From NCBI GenBank assembly GCA_002316275.1, contig DCDE01000004.1, positions 27,434-91,433 on the forward strand: a stretch of DNA of 64,000 bases. Direction: 5' to 3'. The position numbers and the translations under genes are program-made. Below are positions 52,001-62,102 of the stretch, piece by piece. Positions within the stretch are counted from its first letter, which is position 1; each line of letters opens with the position of its first letter. The notes beneath the pieces were generated by a model that did no database searches, was not told the DNA's origin, and saw only the letters and a program-made list of their open reading frames with translations. The stretch comes from a candidate division WOR-3 bacterium UBA1063 (GTDB lineage Bacteria > Hydrothermota > Hydrothermia > UBA1063).

Positions 52001-53431
52001 TTTTGGGAGGGCTACCTGATTGAGTTTCAGCTCAGGTGCAACCACAATAACAGATCGACCAGAGTAGTCAACTCTCTTCCCTAAGAGGTTTCTCCTCAAT
52101 AGCCCTTTCTTTCCCCTCAGTACGTCCGATATAGATTTAAGCTTCTTTCCCCCTTTCGGAGATGTTACAGGCCTTCTCCTCTTTGAATTGTCAAGTAGGG
52201 CTTCCACAGCCTCTTGCAAGTTTCTTTTCTCATTATTGATGATAATTTCGGGTGCACCTTGTTCCATAAGTTGCTTAAGCCTGTTATTGCGCATTATGAC
52301 TCTGCGGTATAGCTGATTGATTTCCGTCGTCGCAATCTGACCATTTTCAAGGAACACAATGGGCCTCAAATCGGGTGGAATAACAGGTAATACCTCGAGG
52401 ACCATCCATTCGGGTCTCGCCTTCGAACTCAAAAATGCTTCGACAACTTTGTATTTCTTGAGGAATTTCGCTCTTTTAATAGGGGATTGCTCATTTTTAA
52501 TCTTTACTCTTAAATCATTTCTGAGGTCTTCCAGGTTTAAACTTGCAAGGATCTTTTTGATTCCCTGAGCCCCCATCTCTGCTTCAAACTGATTACCGTA
52601 TAGCCTCTTGTACTCATCATACTCACTAACTGTAAGTACCTCACCAACTCTCAGTCTATCCGTGACTTCTAAGTATCGATCCATACCACTTTCTATAACT
52701 CCCGCTACATCCCTAAATTCCTTAAAATCTTTAGAGAGATCTTCGGAGAATTCATCGATACTATCATCCATCTCCCTCACCACTTTCTCGATGTACCGTT
52801 TTAAATCCCTATGAGCTCTTTCCCCTACGCTTTCAAGAGCCCTTCTTAATTCGATGAAATCTTTTTCCATTTGGTCAGGAATACTATCTACCATACCGTC
52901 CATTATTTTGGCAAGTCGCCTGATATACAATTCTAACTCTTCGGGGATCTTCTGTTCTCCGAACCTTCGCCCGTGCCTTGCAAGGTCTTCGGATACCTTT
53001 GTGACTATGTAGGCATCATAATAGACGACCCTTTCTAAATCCTTTACGCTTAAGTCCAAAAGAATACCAATTGGTGAAGGAATCGCTTTGTAAAACCAAA
53101 TATGCGCGACGGGAACAGCAAGTTCAATGTGTCCCATTCTTTCCCTTCTTACCTTCTTCTCAGTCACCTCAACACCACAGTGATCACACTTAACACTACG
53201 GTATTTTTTCCCTCTATACTTACCACAGCTACACTCAAAATCTTTTACAGGTCCAAAAATCTTCTCACAGAAAAGACCACCAGGTTCAGGTTTTTGGGTT
53301 CTATAATTTATGGTCTCCGAACTGGTTACCTCTCCACGAGACCAGCTTCTTATTACCTCTGGAGAAGCTATTTTTACTTTAATTGATAGCAAATTTTTTG
53401 GTAAAATCTTATTCTCCATGGCTTTCTCCAT
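49031..53431 (-). CDS. rpoC: DNA-directed RNA polymerase beta' subunit
   Basis: 'NYRTQKPE', zinc motif 'CSCGKY...CDHCGV', catalytic 'NADFDGD'. Start at Met22 of the ORF-track protein (53431). The longer ORF-track start would overlap rpoB. Confidence 0.9.
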   Translation of the reverse strand: MEKAMENKILPKNLLSIKVKIASPEVIRSWSRGEVTSSETINYRTQKPEPGGLFCEKIFGPVKDFECSCGKYRGKKYRSVKCDHCGVEVTEKKVRRERMGHIELAVPVAHIWFYKAIPSPIGILLDLSVKDLERVVYYDAYIVTKVSEDLARHGRRFGEQKIPEELELYIRRLAKIMDGMVDSIPDQMEKDFIELRRALESVGERAHRDLKRYIEKVVREMDDSIDEFSEDLSKDFKEFRDVAGVIESGMDRYLEVTDRLRVGEVLTVSEYDEYKRLYGNQFEAEMGAQGIKKILASLNLEDLRNDLRVKIKNEQSPIKRAKFLKKYKVVEAFLSSKARPEWMVLEVLPVIPPDLRPIVFLENGQIATTEINQLYRRVIMRNNRLKQLMEQGAPEIIINNEKRNLQEAVEALLDNSKRRRPVTSPKGGKKLKSISDVLRGKKGLLRRNLLGKRVDYSGRSVIVVAPELKLNQVALPKEMALELFRPMVEHKLNESGIASSMREAEVKLRQRDPAIWDMLEKIIKDHPVLLNRAPTLHRVSIQAFEPLLWENKAIGLHPLVCAAFNADFDGDTMSVYVPISYEAQLEGYGLILSINNILSPAYGGPLAAPTRDIVLGLNYLTKILRGDKGEGKVFATPEEAVIAYENGYVGLRARINVMIKGELIETTIGRIVFNDFLPEEFRFINKEMKKNELSDLVSLTHHRFGAARTAELLDALKDLGFKYCTVSGITFGVDDMVVPERKKDIVERAKRDAEKFEKAFERGTLSGMEKYQNVLDIWTRTSEIVKKEMLELMDNDKEGFNPIYLMLTSGARGNEDQVKQIAGMRGLMARPGKGKEAGELIENPIISNFKEGLKVLEYFISTHGSRKGLSDTALKTADAGYLTRRLVDIAHNIVVTEKDCGTLTGRKLTALSDGEKVIKPLSERIVGRLAVNDIYHPITEELIVPEGEEISEEAAKKIEESGIAEVEVRSVLRCRSRKGVCAKCYGRNLATGRLVDVGEAVGVMAAQSIGEPGTQLTLRTFHTGGTAERIAEESFHEVPYDGVIIYDGVRVVENPRAGAINISRKANILFKTPDGKFERRYNIPYGARILFGDNAAIKKGERICEWEPYSLPILSTNQGIVKFIDVIDGITLKEVVLPSGKIERVIELDREKKLFPRLHIVNPESGETVEEILLVKDATLIVADGDHVDAGDVVAKVPRSAAKTRDITGGLPQVEDYFEARVPKDKAVLSEISGIVKVDFVKEGRERGIIVRVVSESGDSREYMIPYGKYLHVANGDWIEAGEPITEGPIDPHDILRVRGIDAVQEFLLDRILEVYRLSNVKIDDAHVEIIVRQMLRKVRIKDSGDARNLVEGDIVDINVVEDENREVREKGGRPATYEFQLLGITRAALASESFLSAASFQETTKVLTEAAIAGKEDKLEGLKENVIIGNLVPAGTGFKKYRRISIKEEVELEETEEEELQDRNE

Positions 53432-53432
53432 T

Positions 53433-56400
53433 TTACTGTTTTTCCCGCAGATTTTGCCTGGACTTCCCTTCAACAGTCTTAAGTTCAACATCAAGGCACA
53501 AGCCTTTCAAATGGTTTAATAACACGTTAAATGAAGCTGGAATCCCAGGCTCTTTAGGCCTTTTACCCAGTTGAAGATCCTTATAAAGAATATTTCTTCC
53601 GTCAATATCATCAGATTTTATCGTAAGCATCTCTTGAAGAGTATAAGCTGCTCCATGAGCCTGAAGAGCCCATACTTCCATTTCACCAAATCTCTGTCCT
53701 CCAAAGTGGGATTTGCCTCCCACTGGTTGTTGCGTGATTGAAGAATATGGGCCAATTGCTCTTGCATGGAGCTTGTCCTCGACCATGTGAATTAACTTTA
53801 TTATATACATATAGCCGACTGTAACAGGATAATGGAACTCCTCCCCAGTTCTTCCATCTCTGAGTTTTACTTTACCTGGGAAAGTTAATCCTGCTTCCTC
53901 CATTTCTTTTTTAATATCCTCAACACTCATACCTTCAAAAACAGGAGTAGCGTAGTATTCCCCTTTCACCTTTCCAGCCCAGCCGAGAATAGTTTCAAGA
54001 ATCTGCCCAACATTCATTCTGGAGGGAACTCCTAAGGGGCTTAAAACAACATCAACCGGCGTCCCATCTTCTAAAAAAGGCATATCTTCAACTGGTGCAA
54101 TCTTAGCAACTACACCTTTGTTCCCATGCCTACCAGTAATCTTATCACCCACTTCGAGTCTTCTTTTCTGCGCTACATAAACCTTTATAAGTTGATTAAC
54201 ACCTGGTGGAAGCTCGTCCCCTCTCTCTATTTCATCGAACTTTATACTCAGTCTTTCATTAATCTCCCTTTCTTTATTCTGCGAATCAGCAATCAGACCT
54301 CTAATCCGTTCAAGCTTTTCCAGTTCAATCACAGGAACATCATAATTCAGCCTTTCAAGATCAATCTTGTTTTCAAAAATTAGCTCGTCGATGATATCTC
54401 TACTTATTACAGTTCCCTTTGGCAAAACTACCTTTCCGTCTCTCGTCTTAAGATCTTCAATCAAAACTTCATCCAAGAGTAACTCAGCGATAAAATCTCT
54501 AAGTCTTGCTCTCATCATCCGCTTCTCTTCCTGCGCCCTTTTCTCAGCCTTTTCTTTTCGGTCCTTAATCACGCTAAGAGAAAGCGGATCATTTTTAGTC
54601 TTTGTAAGGACAACCACATCCACCACATACCCCGAAACTCCAGGAGGAACTCTTTTAGACGTATCTTTCACCTCTTGCTCGTAGCCAGCCACAGTCAATA
54701 GCAGCTTCTTCTCTGGTGGAAGCTCTTCCTCTTCACCCTTTGGTGTCACCTTACCCACAAGTATATCTCTCGGCTTGACTTCAGCACCTATGCGGATAAT
54801 ACCAAAATGGTCAAGATTTCGAAGGTCATCATCCTTTACACCTGGTATATCGACAGTAACTTCTTCAGGTCCAAGTGCCGTTTCTCTCACCTCAACCTCA
54901 AATTCTAAAATGTGAAGGGATGTAAACGTGTCATTTTTAAGTATGTTCTCGGAAACCACAATAGCATCCTCGTAATTATATCCATACCACGGAAGGAAAG
55001 CAATCAAAACATTCTTTCCCAGAGCTAACTCGCCATTCTTCGTGGCAGAAGCATCCGCCAAAACATCGCCTGCTTTCACCTTTTCACCAATCTTCACTAG
55101 TGGCCTCATATTTATAAGTGTATTCTGGTTCGACCTGCGAAATTTAACAAGATTGTACTCATCAAGTTCTTCTTCAAACCTTGAGATTTTCTTCCTCTTT
55201 TTAGATACTCTAACTACTATGCGGTTTGCGTCGACGTAAACCACAGTTCCACTATTTCGTGCAATCACCAGTGTACCTGAATCTCTTGCAACTTTACCCT
55301 CCATTCCTGTGCCGATGATGGGCGGTTCAGGATCAATAAGAGGAATCGCCTGCCTCTGCATATTACATCCCATAAGGGCTCTCAAAGCATCGTCATTTTC
55401 TAAGAAAGGAATCAGTGAAGCAGATGGAGAGACGACCTGTCTCGGTGAGATATCAATATAATTCACCTTTTCCCTTGGGACCATAGGATACCCATCCTTA
55501 GCTCTTACCCATACTTTTTCGTCCTTGATCAAACCTGTAACAGGATCATATTCTGTATCAGCAGAAGCGATATATGCATCCTTCTCATCAATTGGGCTCA
55601 AATCCACCGTCTTCTCAGTGACTCTGCCGTCCTCTACAACCCTTAGTGGTGTTCTTATGAAGCCCATTTCATCGACTTTTGCATAAGTAGTCAAAGAACT
55701 GATAAGACCAATATTTTGTCCCTCCGGCGTTTCAATCGGACACAACCTTCCGTAATGCGAAGGGTGAACGTCTCTCACTTCAAAACCTGCTGTTTCTCTT
55801 GTTAAACCACCCTTCCCTAAAGCAGAAATGCGCCTTTTATGTGTAAGTTCTGAAAGGGGATTAGTCTGATCGAGAAACTGCGAAAGTCTCTCCCTCATCA
55901 AATAATTTATCAAAGTATTGGTGATGACTTTAGGATCGATTAGATTTTTAGGTACGATTCTTGATTCCTCGCTGATAGAGAGCATCTTTTCCGTAATATT
56001 TCTGATTAATTTCCTCGCAAATGCTTCTCTTACTTGCTCGTATAATAATTCTCCTACGCTTCTTATCCTTCTATTAGAAAGATCATCAACGTCATCCTCT
56101 TTTTCCTCTCCCTTATAAAGATCGATAAGTCGCTTTATAATCTCTACAATGTCTTCAATAGTGAGGGTAGTTGCAGTCCTTTTCTGATTCTGATACAATC
56201 TCAAATTTAGCTTATACCTTCCTACATCAGCTAAATAAAAGTATGTCTCTTTAAGGAAGAAGCTCCTAATATACTCCCTTGCTTCCTCTATGTTGGCAGG
56301 TGGCTGACTAAATTTAAGGGTTCTATAGATATTTCCAATCGCATCAACTTCCTTTTTTAACCTATCCTGTCTATAGGTGGTGTAAAGTATGCTTGCCTCA

Positions 56401-57239
56401 AGAGTATTTAAGTCAAACACCTCAATTTTTCTAATCTTCCTTTCCTTAAGTTCTTTTATAATACTGGAATCAATCTCGGTTAGTGCCTCAAATATAACTT
56501 CCCCGGTTTTTGTATCAACAACATCATCGGTGATAATATAATCTCCGTTCTCATCCAGTTCGTCCAGGGTCAGACTCCGCTTTTGCAAGAACATTCCAAA
56601 CACTTGGCTCATAGACATCCCGGTAAGCGCTCTAAGGAGTCTCGTAACAGGAATCTTTCTCCTCTTAGAGACCGTAACTGTCAAATTTCTATTTCCATCT
56701 ATATTAAATTCCACCCATGGCCCTCTGTAGGGCACAAGAAGAGCTCTATAAGTAACTGTTCCTTTTTCCTCTATCTCAAAATACACACCTGGAGACCTGT
56801 GAATCTGGCTGACGAGTACCCTCTCAACACCATTTATTACAAAAGTCCCACTGTCTGTCATATAGGGGATTTCTCCCATATACACTTCCTGGGTAACGCT
56901 CTCCTCGAACTCTTTTGTTTCAGGGTTTTTCTTTAATAATCTGAACCTTACCTTTAATGGTACAGAATATGTTAAGCTCTTCTCTTTGCACTCCTCCGGA
57001 TTAAACCTGGGGACTCCAGTCGTATAATCCAGATACTCGAGTTTATAAACATTGTTCTTGTCAGTCACAGGAAAATATTCTCTGAATATATATTCGAGAC
57101 TACCTATAGGTCTCGCTTCCCTCCCAACTCCTTCAGAAAGTAGCCTCCTAAAGGAGTCTAACTGAATGAAAAGGAGATTTGGCATCTCGCCCTTTTCTGG
57201 CTTATAACCCTTCCTTATAATTTTGTCCATAATAGACAA
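53433..57239 (-). CDS. rpoB: DNA-directed RNA polymerase beta subunit
   Basis: 1268 aa with conserved Rpb2-like blocks. Confidence 0.95.
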   Translation of the reverse strand: MSIMDKIIRKGYKPEKGEMPNLLFIQLDSFRRLLSEGVGREARPIGSLEYIFREYFPVTDKNNVYKLEYLDYTTGVPRFNPEECKEKSLTYSVPLKVRFRLLKKNPETKEFEESVTQEVYMGEIPYMTDSGTFVINGVERVLVSQIHRSPGVYFEIEEKGTVTYRALLVPYRGPWVEFNIDGNRNLTVTVSKRRKIPVTRLLRALTGMSMSQVFGMFLQKRSLTLDELDENGDYIITDDVVDTKTGEVIFEALTEIDSSIIKELKERKIRKIEVFDLNTLEASILYTTYRQDRLKKEVDAIGNIYRTLKFSQPPANIEEAREYIRSFFLKETYFYLADVGRYKLNLRLYQNQKRTATTLTIEDIVEIIKRLIDLYKGEEKEDDVDDLSNRRIRSVGELLYEQVREAFARKLIRNITEKMLSISEESRIVPKNLIDPKVITNTLINYLMRERLSQFLDQTNPLSELTHKRRISALGKGGLTRETAGFEVRDVHPSHYGRLCPIETPEGQNIGLISSLTTYAKVDEMGFIRTPLRVVEDGRVTEKTVDLSPIDEKDAYIASADTEYDPVTGLIKDEKVWVRAKDGYPMVPREKVNYIDISPRQVVSPSASLIPFLENDDALRALMGCNMQRQAIPLIDPEPPIIGTGMEGKVARDSGTLVIARNSGTVVYVDANRIVVRVSKKRKKISRFEEELDEYNLVKFRRSNQNTLINMRPLVKIGEKVKAGDVLADASATKNGELALGKNVLIAFLPWYGYNYEDAIVVSENILKNDTFTSLHILEFEVEVRETALGPEEVTVDIPGVKDDDLRNLDHFGIIRIGAEVKPRDILVGKVTPKGEEEELPPEKKLLLTVAGYEQEVKDTSKRVPPGVSGYVVDVVVLTKTKNDPLSLSVIKDRKEKAEKRAQEEKRMMRARLRDFIAELLLDEVLIEDLKTRDGKVVLPKGTVISRDIIDELIFENKIDLERLNYDVPVIELEKLERIRGLIADSQNKEREINERLSIKFDEIERGDELPPGVNQLIKVYVAQKRRLEVGDKITGRHGNKGVVAKIAPVEDMPFLEDGTPVDVVLSPLGVPSRMNVGQILETILGWAGKVKGEYYATPVFEGMSVEDIKKEMEEAGLTFPGKVKLRDGRTGEEFHYPVTVGYMYIIKLIHMVEDKLHARAIGPYSSITQQPVGGKSHFGGQRFGEMEVWALQAHGAAYTLQEMLTIKSDDIDGRNILYKDLQLGKRPKEPGIPASFNVLLNHLKGLCLDVELKTVEGKSRQNLREKQ

Positions 57240-57257
57240 AACCCCCCTTACACAAAA

Positions 57258-57292
57258 TTTATTGAAATAACTAAATGGGGCATGTGCGCCCC
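57258..57292 (-). terminator. Candidate rplL-rpoB intergenic attenuator/terminator hairpin
   Basis: Minus strand 'ggggcg-caca-ugcccc' (6-bp stem including one G-U, tetraloop) followed by U-rich 'auuuaguuauuucaauaaauuuu'. Confidence 0.35.
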
Positions 57293-57338
57293 TGATTCAA
57301 CACACTCTTTAATCTCGTAAACAATTGTCTTTGGAATA

Positions 57339-57725
57339 TTATTTAACTTCTACCTTAGCACCAAGTTTCTCAAAACTTTGCCTGATCTTTTCTGCCTCTT
57401 CCTTTGTAACTCCTTCTTTTAGTGGCTTGGGCAGGTTGTCAACGAAGTCTTTTGCTTCCTTCAATCCAAGCCCTGTTAATGTTCTAACTTCTTTAAGAAC
57501 ATTAATCCTGTCCTGTCCAGCATCTAGAAGAATCACATCAAATTCAGTCTTTTCTTCCACTGCAGCCGGAGCGCTGCCTTGGGCAGCCACAGCTCCAGCC
57601 ATAACAGGCATTTGAGCAGAAACACCAAATTTATCCTCCAGCTCTTTTACAAGCTCCGAGAGTTCCAGAACCGATAAAGACCCGATCATCTCCACGATCT
57701 CGTCAACGCTCTTCTTTTCTGCCAT
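57339..57725 (-). CDS. rplL: 50S ribosomal protein L7/L12
   Basis: '[35 protein letters not shown]'. Start at the internal Met (57725) immediately after the rplJ stop. Confidence 0.9.
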   Translation of the reverse strand: MAEKKSVDEIVEMIGSLSVLELSELVKELEDKFGVSAQMPVMAGAVAAQGSAPAAVEEKTEFDVILLDAGQDRINVLKEVRTLTGLGLKEAKDFVDNLPKPLKEGVTKEEAEKIRQSFEKLGAKVEVK

Positions 57726-57726
57726 T

Positions 57727-58251
57727 TTACTTAACCTCCTCTTTTTGTTTTCTAACTTGTTCCAAGGTTGAAACAAGGGCCTGTAAGGGCCAGTTCAACG
57801 CATACACAAGCTTAAATATAGGGGCATTAAGAGTACACACCAACATAGCCCTTAATTCGTTCTTTCCTGGCAACTTGGCAATGGTATTGATTTCTTGAGG
57901 ACCATATACCTTACCGTCAACCCATCCTGCCTTAAACGACATTTTTGATACTTCTTCTGAAAACTCGTAAGCAGTTTTTAGAGGCTCCAGCTCATCTTGG
58001 TGCGCAAACAGAACTGCAATAGGTCCAGCTACATATTTGAGCATCTCATCGAAATTCTTATCCTTAAGGGCAAAATAAAGGGATGAATTCTTCACAACTT
58101 TAAATAAGCCGGCTTTATCTCTAAGCTTTCGCCTTAACTCTGACATTTCTGCAACTGTTAAACCGGTATAATCACAAAGGTAAAAAGCCGTGGAACTATC
58201 CAGATTTTCCTTGACATCATTTACCTTTTCAATTTTCTCTGCTCTAACCAT
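57727..58251 (-). CDS. rplJ: 50S ribosomal protein L10
   Basis: Family pattern and operon position. Confidence 0.9.
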   Translation of the reverse strand: MVRAEKIEKVNDVKENLDSSTAFYLCDYTGLTVAEMSELRRKLRDKAGLFKVVKNSSLYFALKDKNFDEMLKYVAGPIAVLFAHQDELEPLKTAYEFSEEVSKMSFKAGWVDGKVYGPQEINTIAKLPGKNELRAMLVCTLNAPIFKLVYALNWPLQALVSTLEQVRKQKEEVK

Positions 58252-58253
58252 AA

Positions 58254-58964
58254 TTATACCCTCTCCATTTGCTGTAAGATGCTATTCAAATCTAACTTAA
58301 TACTTGGTCCCATAGTGGTACTGATATAAGCCTGTTTTATGTATGTCCCCTTCATGGTCTTAGGCCTCACATTGATAAGTTCTTGAAAGAAAGCTAAAAC
58401 ATTCTCCTTAAGTGCGCTTTCAGGGAATGAAACCTTCCCAACAGGTACATGAACATTACCCGTCTTGTCAACCCGGAACTCGATCCTTCCCATTTTCAGT
58501 TCCCTTACCACTCTTCCTACATCTTTAGTGACTGTGCCAGTTTTGGGGGATGGCATCAAGCCCCTTGGTCCCAAGACCTTACCAAGCTTAGCAAGTTCAG
58601 GCATAACATCAGGAGTCGCCACTAATGCATCAAACTCAAGCCATCCACCTCTTATCTTTTCAATTAAATCCTGATAGCCCACATAATCGGCTCCTGCTTC
58701 AATAGCTTCCTTTTCTTCCTCGCCTCTCGTTATAACAGCTACTCTCGTAGTTTTTCCAAGCCCCCTTGGCAAAACTACCGAACCTCTAACCATTTGGTCA
58801 GCCTTTCTAGGATCTACACCGAGCTCAACGGCAAGTTCGACAGTCTCATCAAACTTTGTACTAGCTATCTCTTTAATGGTCTTCAATGCTTCGTCTAACT
58901 GATATTCTTTACTTTTATCAATTTTTTCAAGTAAAGCAACATATCTCTTACCATGCTTAGCCAT
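58254..58964 (-). CDS. rplA: 50S ribosomal protein L1
   Basis: Family pattern and operon position. Confidence 0.9.
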   Translation of the reverse strand: MAKHGKRYVALLEKIDKSKEYQLDEALKTIKEIASTKFDETVELAVELGVDPRKADQMVRGSVVLPRGLGKTTRVAVITRGEEEKEAIEAGADYVGYQDLIEKIRGGWLEFDALVATPDVMPELAKLGKVLGPRGLMPSPKTGTVTKDVGRVVRELKMGRIEFRVDKTGNVHVPVGKVSFPESALKENVLAFFQELINVRPKTMKGTYIKQAYISTTMGPSIKLDLNSILQQMERV

Positions 58965-58966
58965 TA

Positions 58967-59404
58967 TTAATCCTCCACTATTTCAATCCCCATGCTCCGG
59001 GCAGTCCCTTCAATAATCTTCATTGCGGCACCAATATCGTTAGCATTTAGGTCCGGCATTTTAACCTCTGCTATTTTGCGAACCTCAGACCTTTTTACTT
59101 TTCCAACTTTTGTCTTATTTGGTTCTCCGGAGCCTTTTAGAACTCCTGCAGCTCTTTTTAGTAGCTCCGAAGCCAGCGGCATCTTTACCTCAAAAGTGAA
59201 GGACCTATCCTTATATACAGATACAACAACGGGAACCACTAAACCTTGCTTATCTCTCGTTTTATTATTAAACTCGTTAACAAACTGGCCTAGATTAACA
59301 CCGTGTTGCCCCAAAGCAGGGCCAACCGGAGGAGCAGGAGTCGCCTGTCCTGCAGGCAATTGCAATTTAACCTGTGCAACAAGTTCTTTCTTTTTCGGGG
59401 GCAT
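58967..59404 (-). CDS. rplK: 50S ribosomal protein L11
   Basis: '[21 protein letters not shown]'. Confidence 0.9.
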   Translation of the reverse strand: MPPKKKELVAQVKLQLPAGQATPAPPVGPALGQHGVNLGQFVNEFNNKTRDKQGLVVPVVVSVYKDRSFTFEVKMPLASELLKRAAGVLKGSGEPNKTKVGKVKRSEVRKIAEVKMPDLNANDIGAAMKIIEGTARSMGIEIVED

Positions 59405-59414
59405 CTTTCCTCCT

Positions 59415-60020
59415 TTAATCAGCTTTCTCTACTCCATCAAAATCAAGAATAACTGGAGTAGATCTGTTCATCAAATTAACTACAACCTTTAATTTTCTCT
59501 TCTGTGGAAAAACTTCCTGAACCGTTCCAACTACACCTTCTAAATTACCCATGATGATCTTTACTCGCTCACCTTCAAGGAAAGGTACTTTCTGCTCCTT
59601 TTTTTGCTGCTCTACACGAATCTTTTCCATCAAATCGTTTACTTCCTCTTCACTCAAAAAAGCATAGATGGGCTCACCGGTTTTTTCGTCTCTCCTCGTA
59701 AGGGCACGCATAAATCTCGTCTCTGTGAGAAGATTGACAACTTTATCCAATAACTCTCTATCCCCTTTAACACCAACGAAAATATATCCTCTATAAATGG
59801 GCTTCTCTATATTTACCCTAACCCGCTCCCTATTGCTACCCCTTCCACGGGTCACCACTTTTGATACAAACTCCGTAGGAAGCAAAGGCTCAACTAAACC
59901 TTCAAGCCCGTGCTCTTTTATAACTTTATTAGCTGCACTCAATGCTTTTTTTTCTTTACCAGAAAAAGTCTGGAAAATGAGCCATTTCCTATCGTTTGCC
60001 TCTTCCTGTATTTCTGCCAT
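59415..60020 (-). CDS. nusG: Transcription termination/antitermination factor NusG
   Basis: NGN domain '[15 protein letters not shown]' and C-terminal KOW '[18 protein letters not shown]'. Confidence 0.9.
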   Translation of the reverse strand: MAEIQEEANDRKWLIFQTFSGKEKKALSAANKVIKEHGLEGLVEPLLPTEFVSKVVTRGRGSNRERVRVNIEKPIYRGYIFVGVKGDRELLDKVVNLLTETRFMRALTRRDEKTGEPIYAFLSEEEVNDLMEKIRVEQQKKEQKVPFLEGERVKIIMGNLEGVVGTVQEVFPQKRKLKVVVNLMNRSTPVILDFDGVEKAD

Positions 60021-60024
60021 AATC

Positions 60025-60207
60025 TTACCCCAATATCAGCTGAATAATCTTTGACACCAAAAAGTCTATTAAAAACATAAACAGTATAAAAAATAAGGAA
60101 ATAAGCACAACTCCAAGGGTTCCACCCCAGAGGCTTTCCTTAGTAGGCCACGTTATTCGTTTGAACTCCTGATAAGACTCTTTCAAAAAGTTTATGAGTT
60201 TCTTCAT
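60025..60207 (-). CDS. secE: Preprotein translocase SecE
   Basis: 60 aa with a single TM. '[13 protein letters not shown]'. Confidence 0.8.
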   Translation of the reverse strand: MKKLINFLKESYQEFKRITWPTKESLWGGTLGVVLISLFFILFMFLIDFLVSKIIQLILG

Positions 60208-60353
60208 ACTTTTGACTCCTTATGAGGAGTATGTTTCCCACAAAACTTACAATACTTGCTAATTTCCAACTTCTCTTTTTTGTCCTTATTTTTTGTAGTG
60301 TAATAGTTCTTCCGTTTACATTCCGAGCAAACTAAAGCAATTTTCACTCTCAT
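60204..60353 (-). CDS. rpmG: 50S ribosomal protein L33 (Cys4 zinc type)
   Basis: Not in the ORF track (49 aa). Hand translation gives [49 protein letters not shown]. Its stop overlaps the secE ATG (ATGA). Confidence 0.8.
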   Translation of the reverse strand: MRVKIALVCSECKRKNYYTTKNKDKKEKLEISKYCKFCGKHTPHKESKV

Positions 60354-60368
60354 AGCTCCCCCTTAATG

Positions 60369-60443
60369 CAGGCCTGGAGGGACTTGAACCCCCAACCACT
60401 GGATTTGGAGTCCAGCGCTCTAGCCTAATTGAGCTACAGGCCT
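60369..60443 (-). tRNA. tRNA-Trp (anticodon CCA)
   Basis: Minus-strand cloverleaf: acceptor aggcctg/caggcct, anticodon stem ctgga/tccag, loop ctCCAaa, T-loop ttcaagt. Confidence 0.85.
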
Positions 60444-60492
60444 TTGAAAGTTGTTCAATTATAATTTATGATTTAAAGACAGTCAAACACTT

Positions 60493-60566
60493 TGCCCCCG
60501 AGAGGATTCGAACCTCTGGCCTGCGGTTTAGGAAACCGCCGCTCTATCCTTCTGAGCTACGGGGGC
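60493..60566 (-). tRNA. tRNA-Arg (anticodon CCT)
   Basis: Minus-strand acceptor gcccccg/cgggggc, anticodon stem gcggt/accgc, loop ttCCTaa, T-arm agagg-ttcgaat-cctct. Confidence 0.8.
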
Positions 60567-60575
60567 AGATGCTAT

Positions 60576-60604
60576 ATGATAAAGGACATCAAAAGGAAGT
60601 TCAA
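60576..60604 (-). promoter_or_regulatory. Candidate promoter for the tRNA-Arg/tRNA-Trp/rpmG-secE-nusG transcript
   Basis: Minus strand: TTGAAC (60604-60599), 17-nt spacer, TATCAT (60581-60576), about 9 nt upstream of the tRNA-Arg 5' end. Confidence 0.35.
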
Positions 60605-60781
60605 ATAACTGTAAACTAATCACGAGATTAATTGTGCTGAAAATATACATCGAAAGGTTCGGAAAAAATATCTCCGACATCGTATGCGTAAATGAAAAAA
60701 ACATTCCACCTTTTGTACGAGAACTACAGTAGAAAATCGAACAGGTATTTCAATTCTTTGAGTTTAACTTATAATTTAAAC

Positions 60782-61495
60782 ATGGCTGTTAAGATATTCC
60801 CAATAACTGAAGATATTCTCGGTGGTGGAAAGATAATTCTCGAGGAGATGCTAGGAGACGACCTCACTCCTGCGAGAGTAGCAAGAATTTCATACCTTTC
60901 TGAAGGAGATGAAGAAGCCAACAAAAAACTTTTAGTAAAACTCTTAGAGTCTAAGCACCTCTCACCGTTTGAGCAACAAGTATTCAGATTCAAGATTGAA
61001 GATATACCTATGTATATTGGGGAGCAGCTCCTAAGACATAGGATAGCTAGCCCATTAAAGAGATCCTATAGATTTACTAGTCCAGAGAAGGGCAAAAAAA
61101 TTGAATACACTGCAGAAAAACTCAATAAAATTGTACACATCCCTCCCGAGTTCTTTGGGCTGCGTGAATCTGATGTTAAAGACAAAGATAGGCTTTTAAA
61201 TGAAATTGTTAATCATATTAAAAAATCTATTGAACTCTATCAAGAGCTTGTGGAGAAAGGGCTTCGAAAAGAAGCTGCTCGTACAATCCTACCCGCAGGG
61301 CTTAGAACCTCCCTTTATTGGACTGTAAATATGAGAAGTCTAATGAATTTCCTTGATCAACGTCTCAACCCAAAAGCACAGTGGGAAATTAGGGAGCTCG
61401 CAAAAGCTGTAGCAAGAATACTCTATCAGGTGGTACCTTTAACAATAGATAACTACCTAAGGATCTCCGGCCTCTACAAGTATTACACCGAATAG
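60782..61495 (+). CDS. thyX: Flavin-dependent thymidylate synthase ThyX
   Basis: ThyX signature RHR-x7-S ('RHRIASPLKRS'). Start at the internal ATG 60782 ('MAVKIF...'), which has TATAAT 6 nt upstream. Confidence 0.8.
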   Translation: MAVKIFPITEDILGGGKIILEEMLGDDLTPARVARISYLSEGDEEANKKLLVKLLESKHLSPFEQQVFRFKIEDIPMYIGEQLLRHRIASPLKRSYRFTSPEKGKKIEYTAEKLNKIVHIPPEFFGLRESDVKDKDRLLNEIVNHIKKSIELYQELVEKGLRKEAARTILPAGLRTSLYWTVNMRSLMNFLDQRLNPKAQWEIRELAKAVARILYQVVPLTIDNYLRISGLYKYYTE

Positions 61496-61496
61496 A

Positions 61497-62063
61497 ATGC
61501 TCATACTTGCTTCTACATCACCCCGAAGGATAACCATTCTAAAAAAATTCGGATACCAGTTTCGAGTTGAAGAACCACATTCAAGCGAAACTATAAATTG
61601 CATTGAAGACTGCGCAAACGTTGCAGAAGATAAGGCAAAAAGTATAAAGAATGGAGGTACAGTTCTTGCATGTGATACAATTGTAGTCCTCGGCTCAAAG
61701 ATCCTCGGCAAACCATCTTCATACACCGAAGCAGAAGCGTATCTAAAGGAACTTTCGGGTAAATGGCATGAAGTCTATACAGGCTACGCAATAATTAATG
61801 GAGACTATCTGATCAAATCCTTAGTAAATACAAAGGTAAAATTTCACAAAATCACCGCTATAGAAATCGGATTTATTTTGAAATTTGATAATCCCCTTGA
61901 TAAAGCAGGGGCATATGGTGTACAGGAATTTGCGGGTCTGTTCGTCGAAAAAATTGAAGGCCCTTACTACAATGTAGTAGGGATTCCTATGGAGCATATA
62001 TACTGGGATCTAAAAAAAATTGGAATATACCCATCCTCCATTCCCACAAAGCCTTCCATATAA
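61497..62063 (+). CDS. maf: Maf-like nucleoside triphosphate pyrophosphatase
   Basis: 'LILASTSPRRITIL' N-terminus and 'AGAYGVQE' motif. Confidence 0.8.
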   Translation: MLILASTSPRRITILKKFGYQFRVEEPHSSETINCIEDCANVAEDKAKSIKNGGTVLACDTIVVLGSKILGKPSSYTEAEAYLKELSGKWHEVYTGYAIINGDYLIKSLVNTKVKFHKITAIEIGFILKFDNPLDKAGAYGVQEFAGLFVEKIEGPYYNVVGIPMEHIYWDLKKIGIYPSSIPTKPSI

Positions 62064-62064
62064 T

Positions 62065-62093
62065 TTAACAATACGTACTTGCTATGGTATAAT
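62065..62093 (+). promoter_or_regulatory. sigma70-like promoter (leaderless type) for the malic enzyme gene
   Basis: TTAACA (62065-62070), 17-nt spacer ending in TGg, TATAAT (62088-62093). ATG at 62103, 9 nt after the -10. No SD. Confidence 0.4.
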
Positions 62094-62102
62094 ATCTATG
62101 TA

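Noticed and set aside
60692-60781. Upstream extension of thyX ('MKKTFHLLYENYSRKSNRYF...')
   Set aside because: No SD or promoter precedes 60692. ThyX proteins are about 220-250 aa. TATAAT lies 6 nt before the 60782 ATG.
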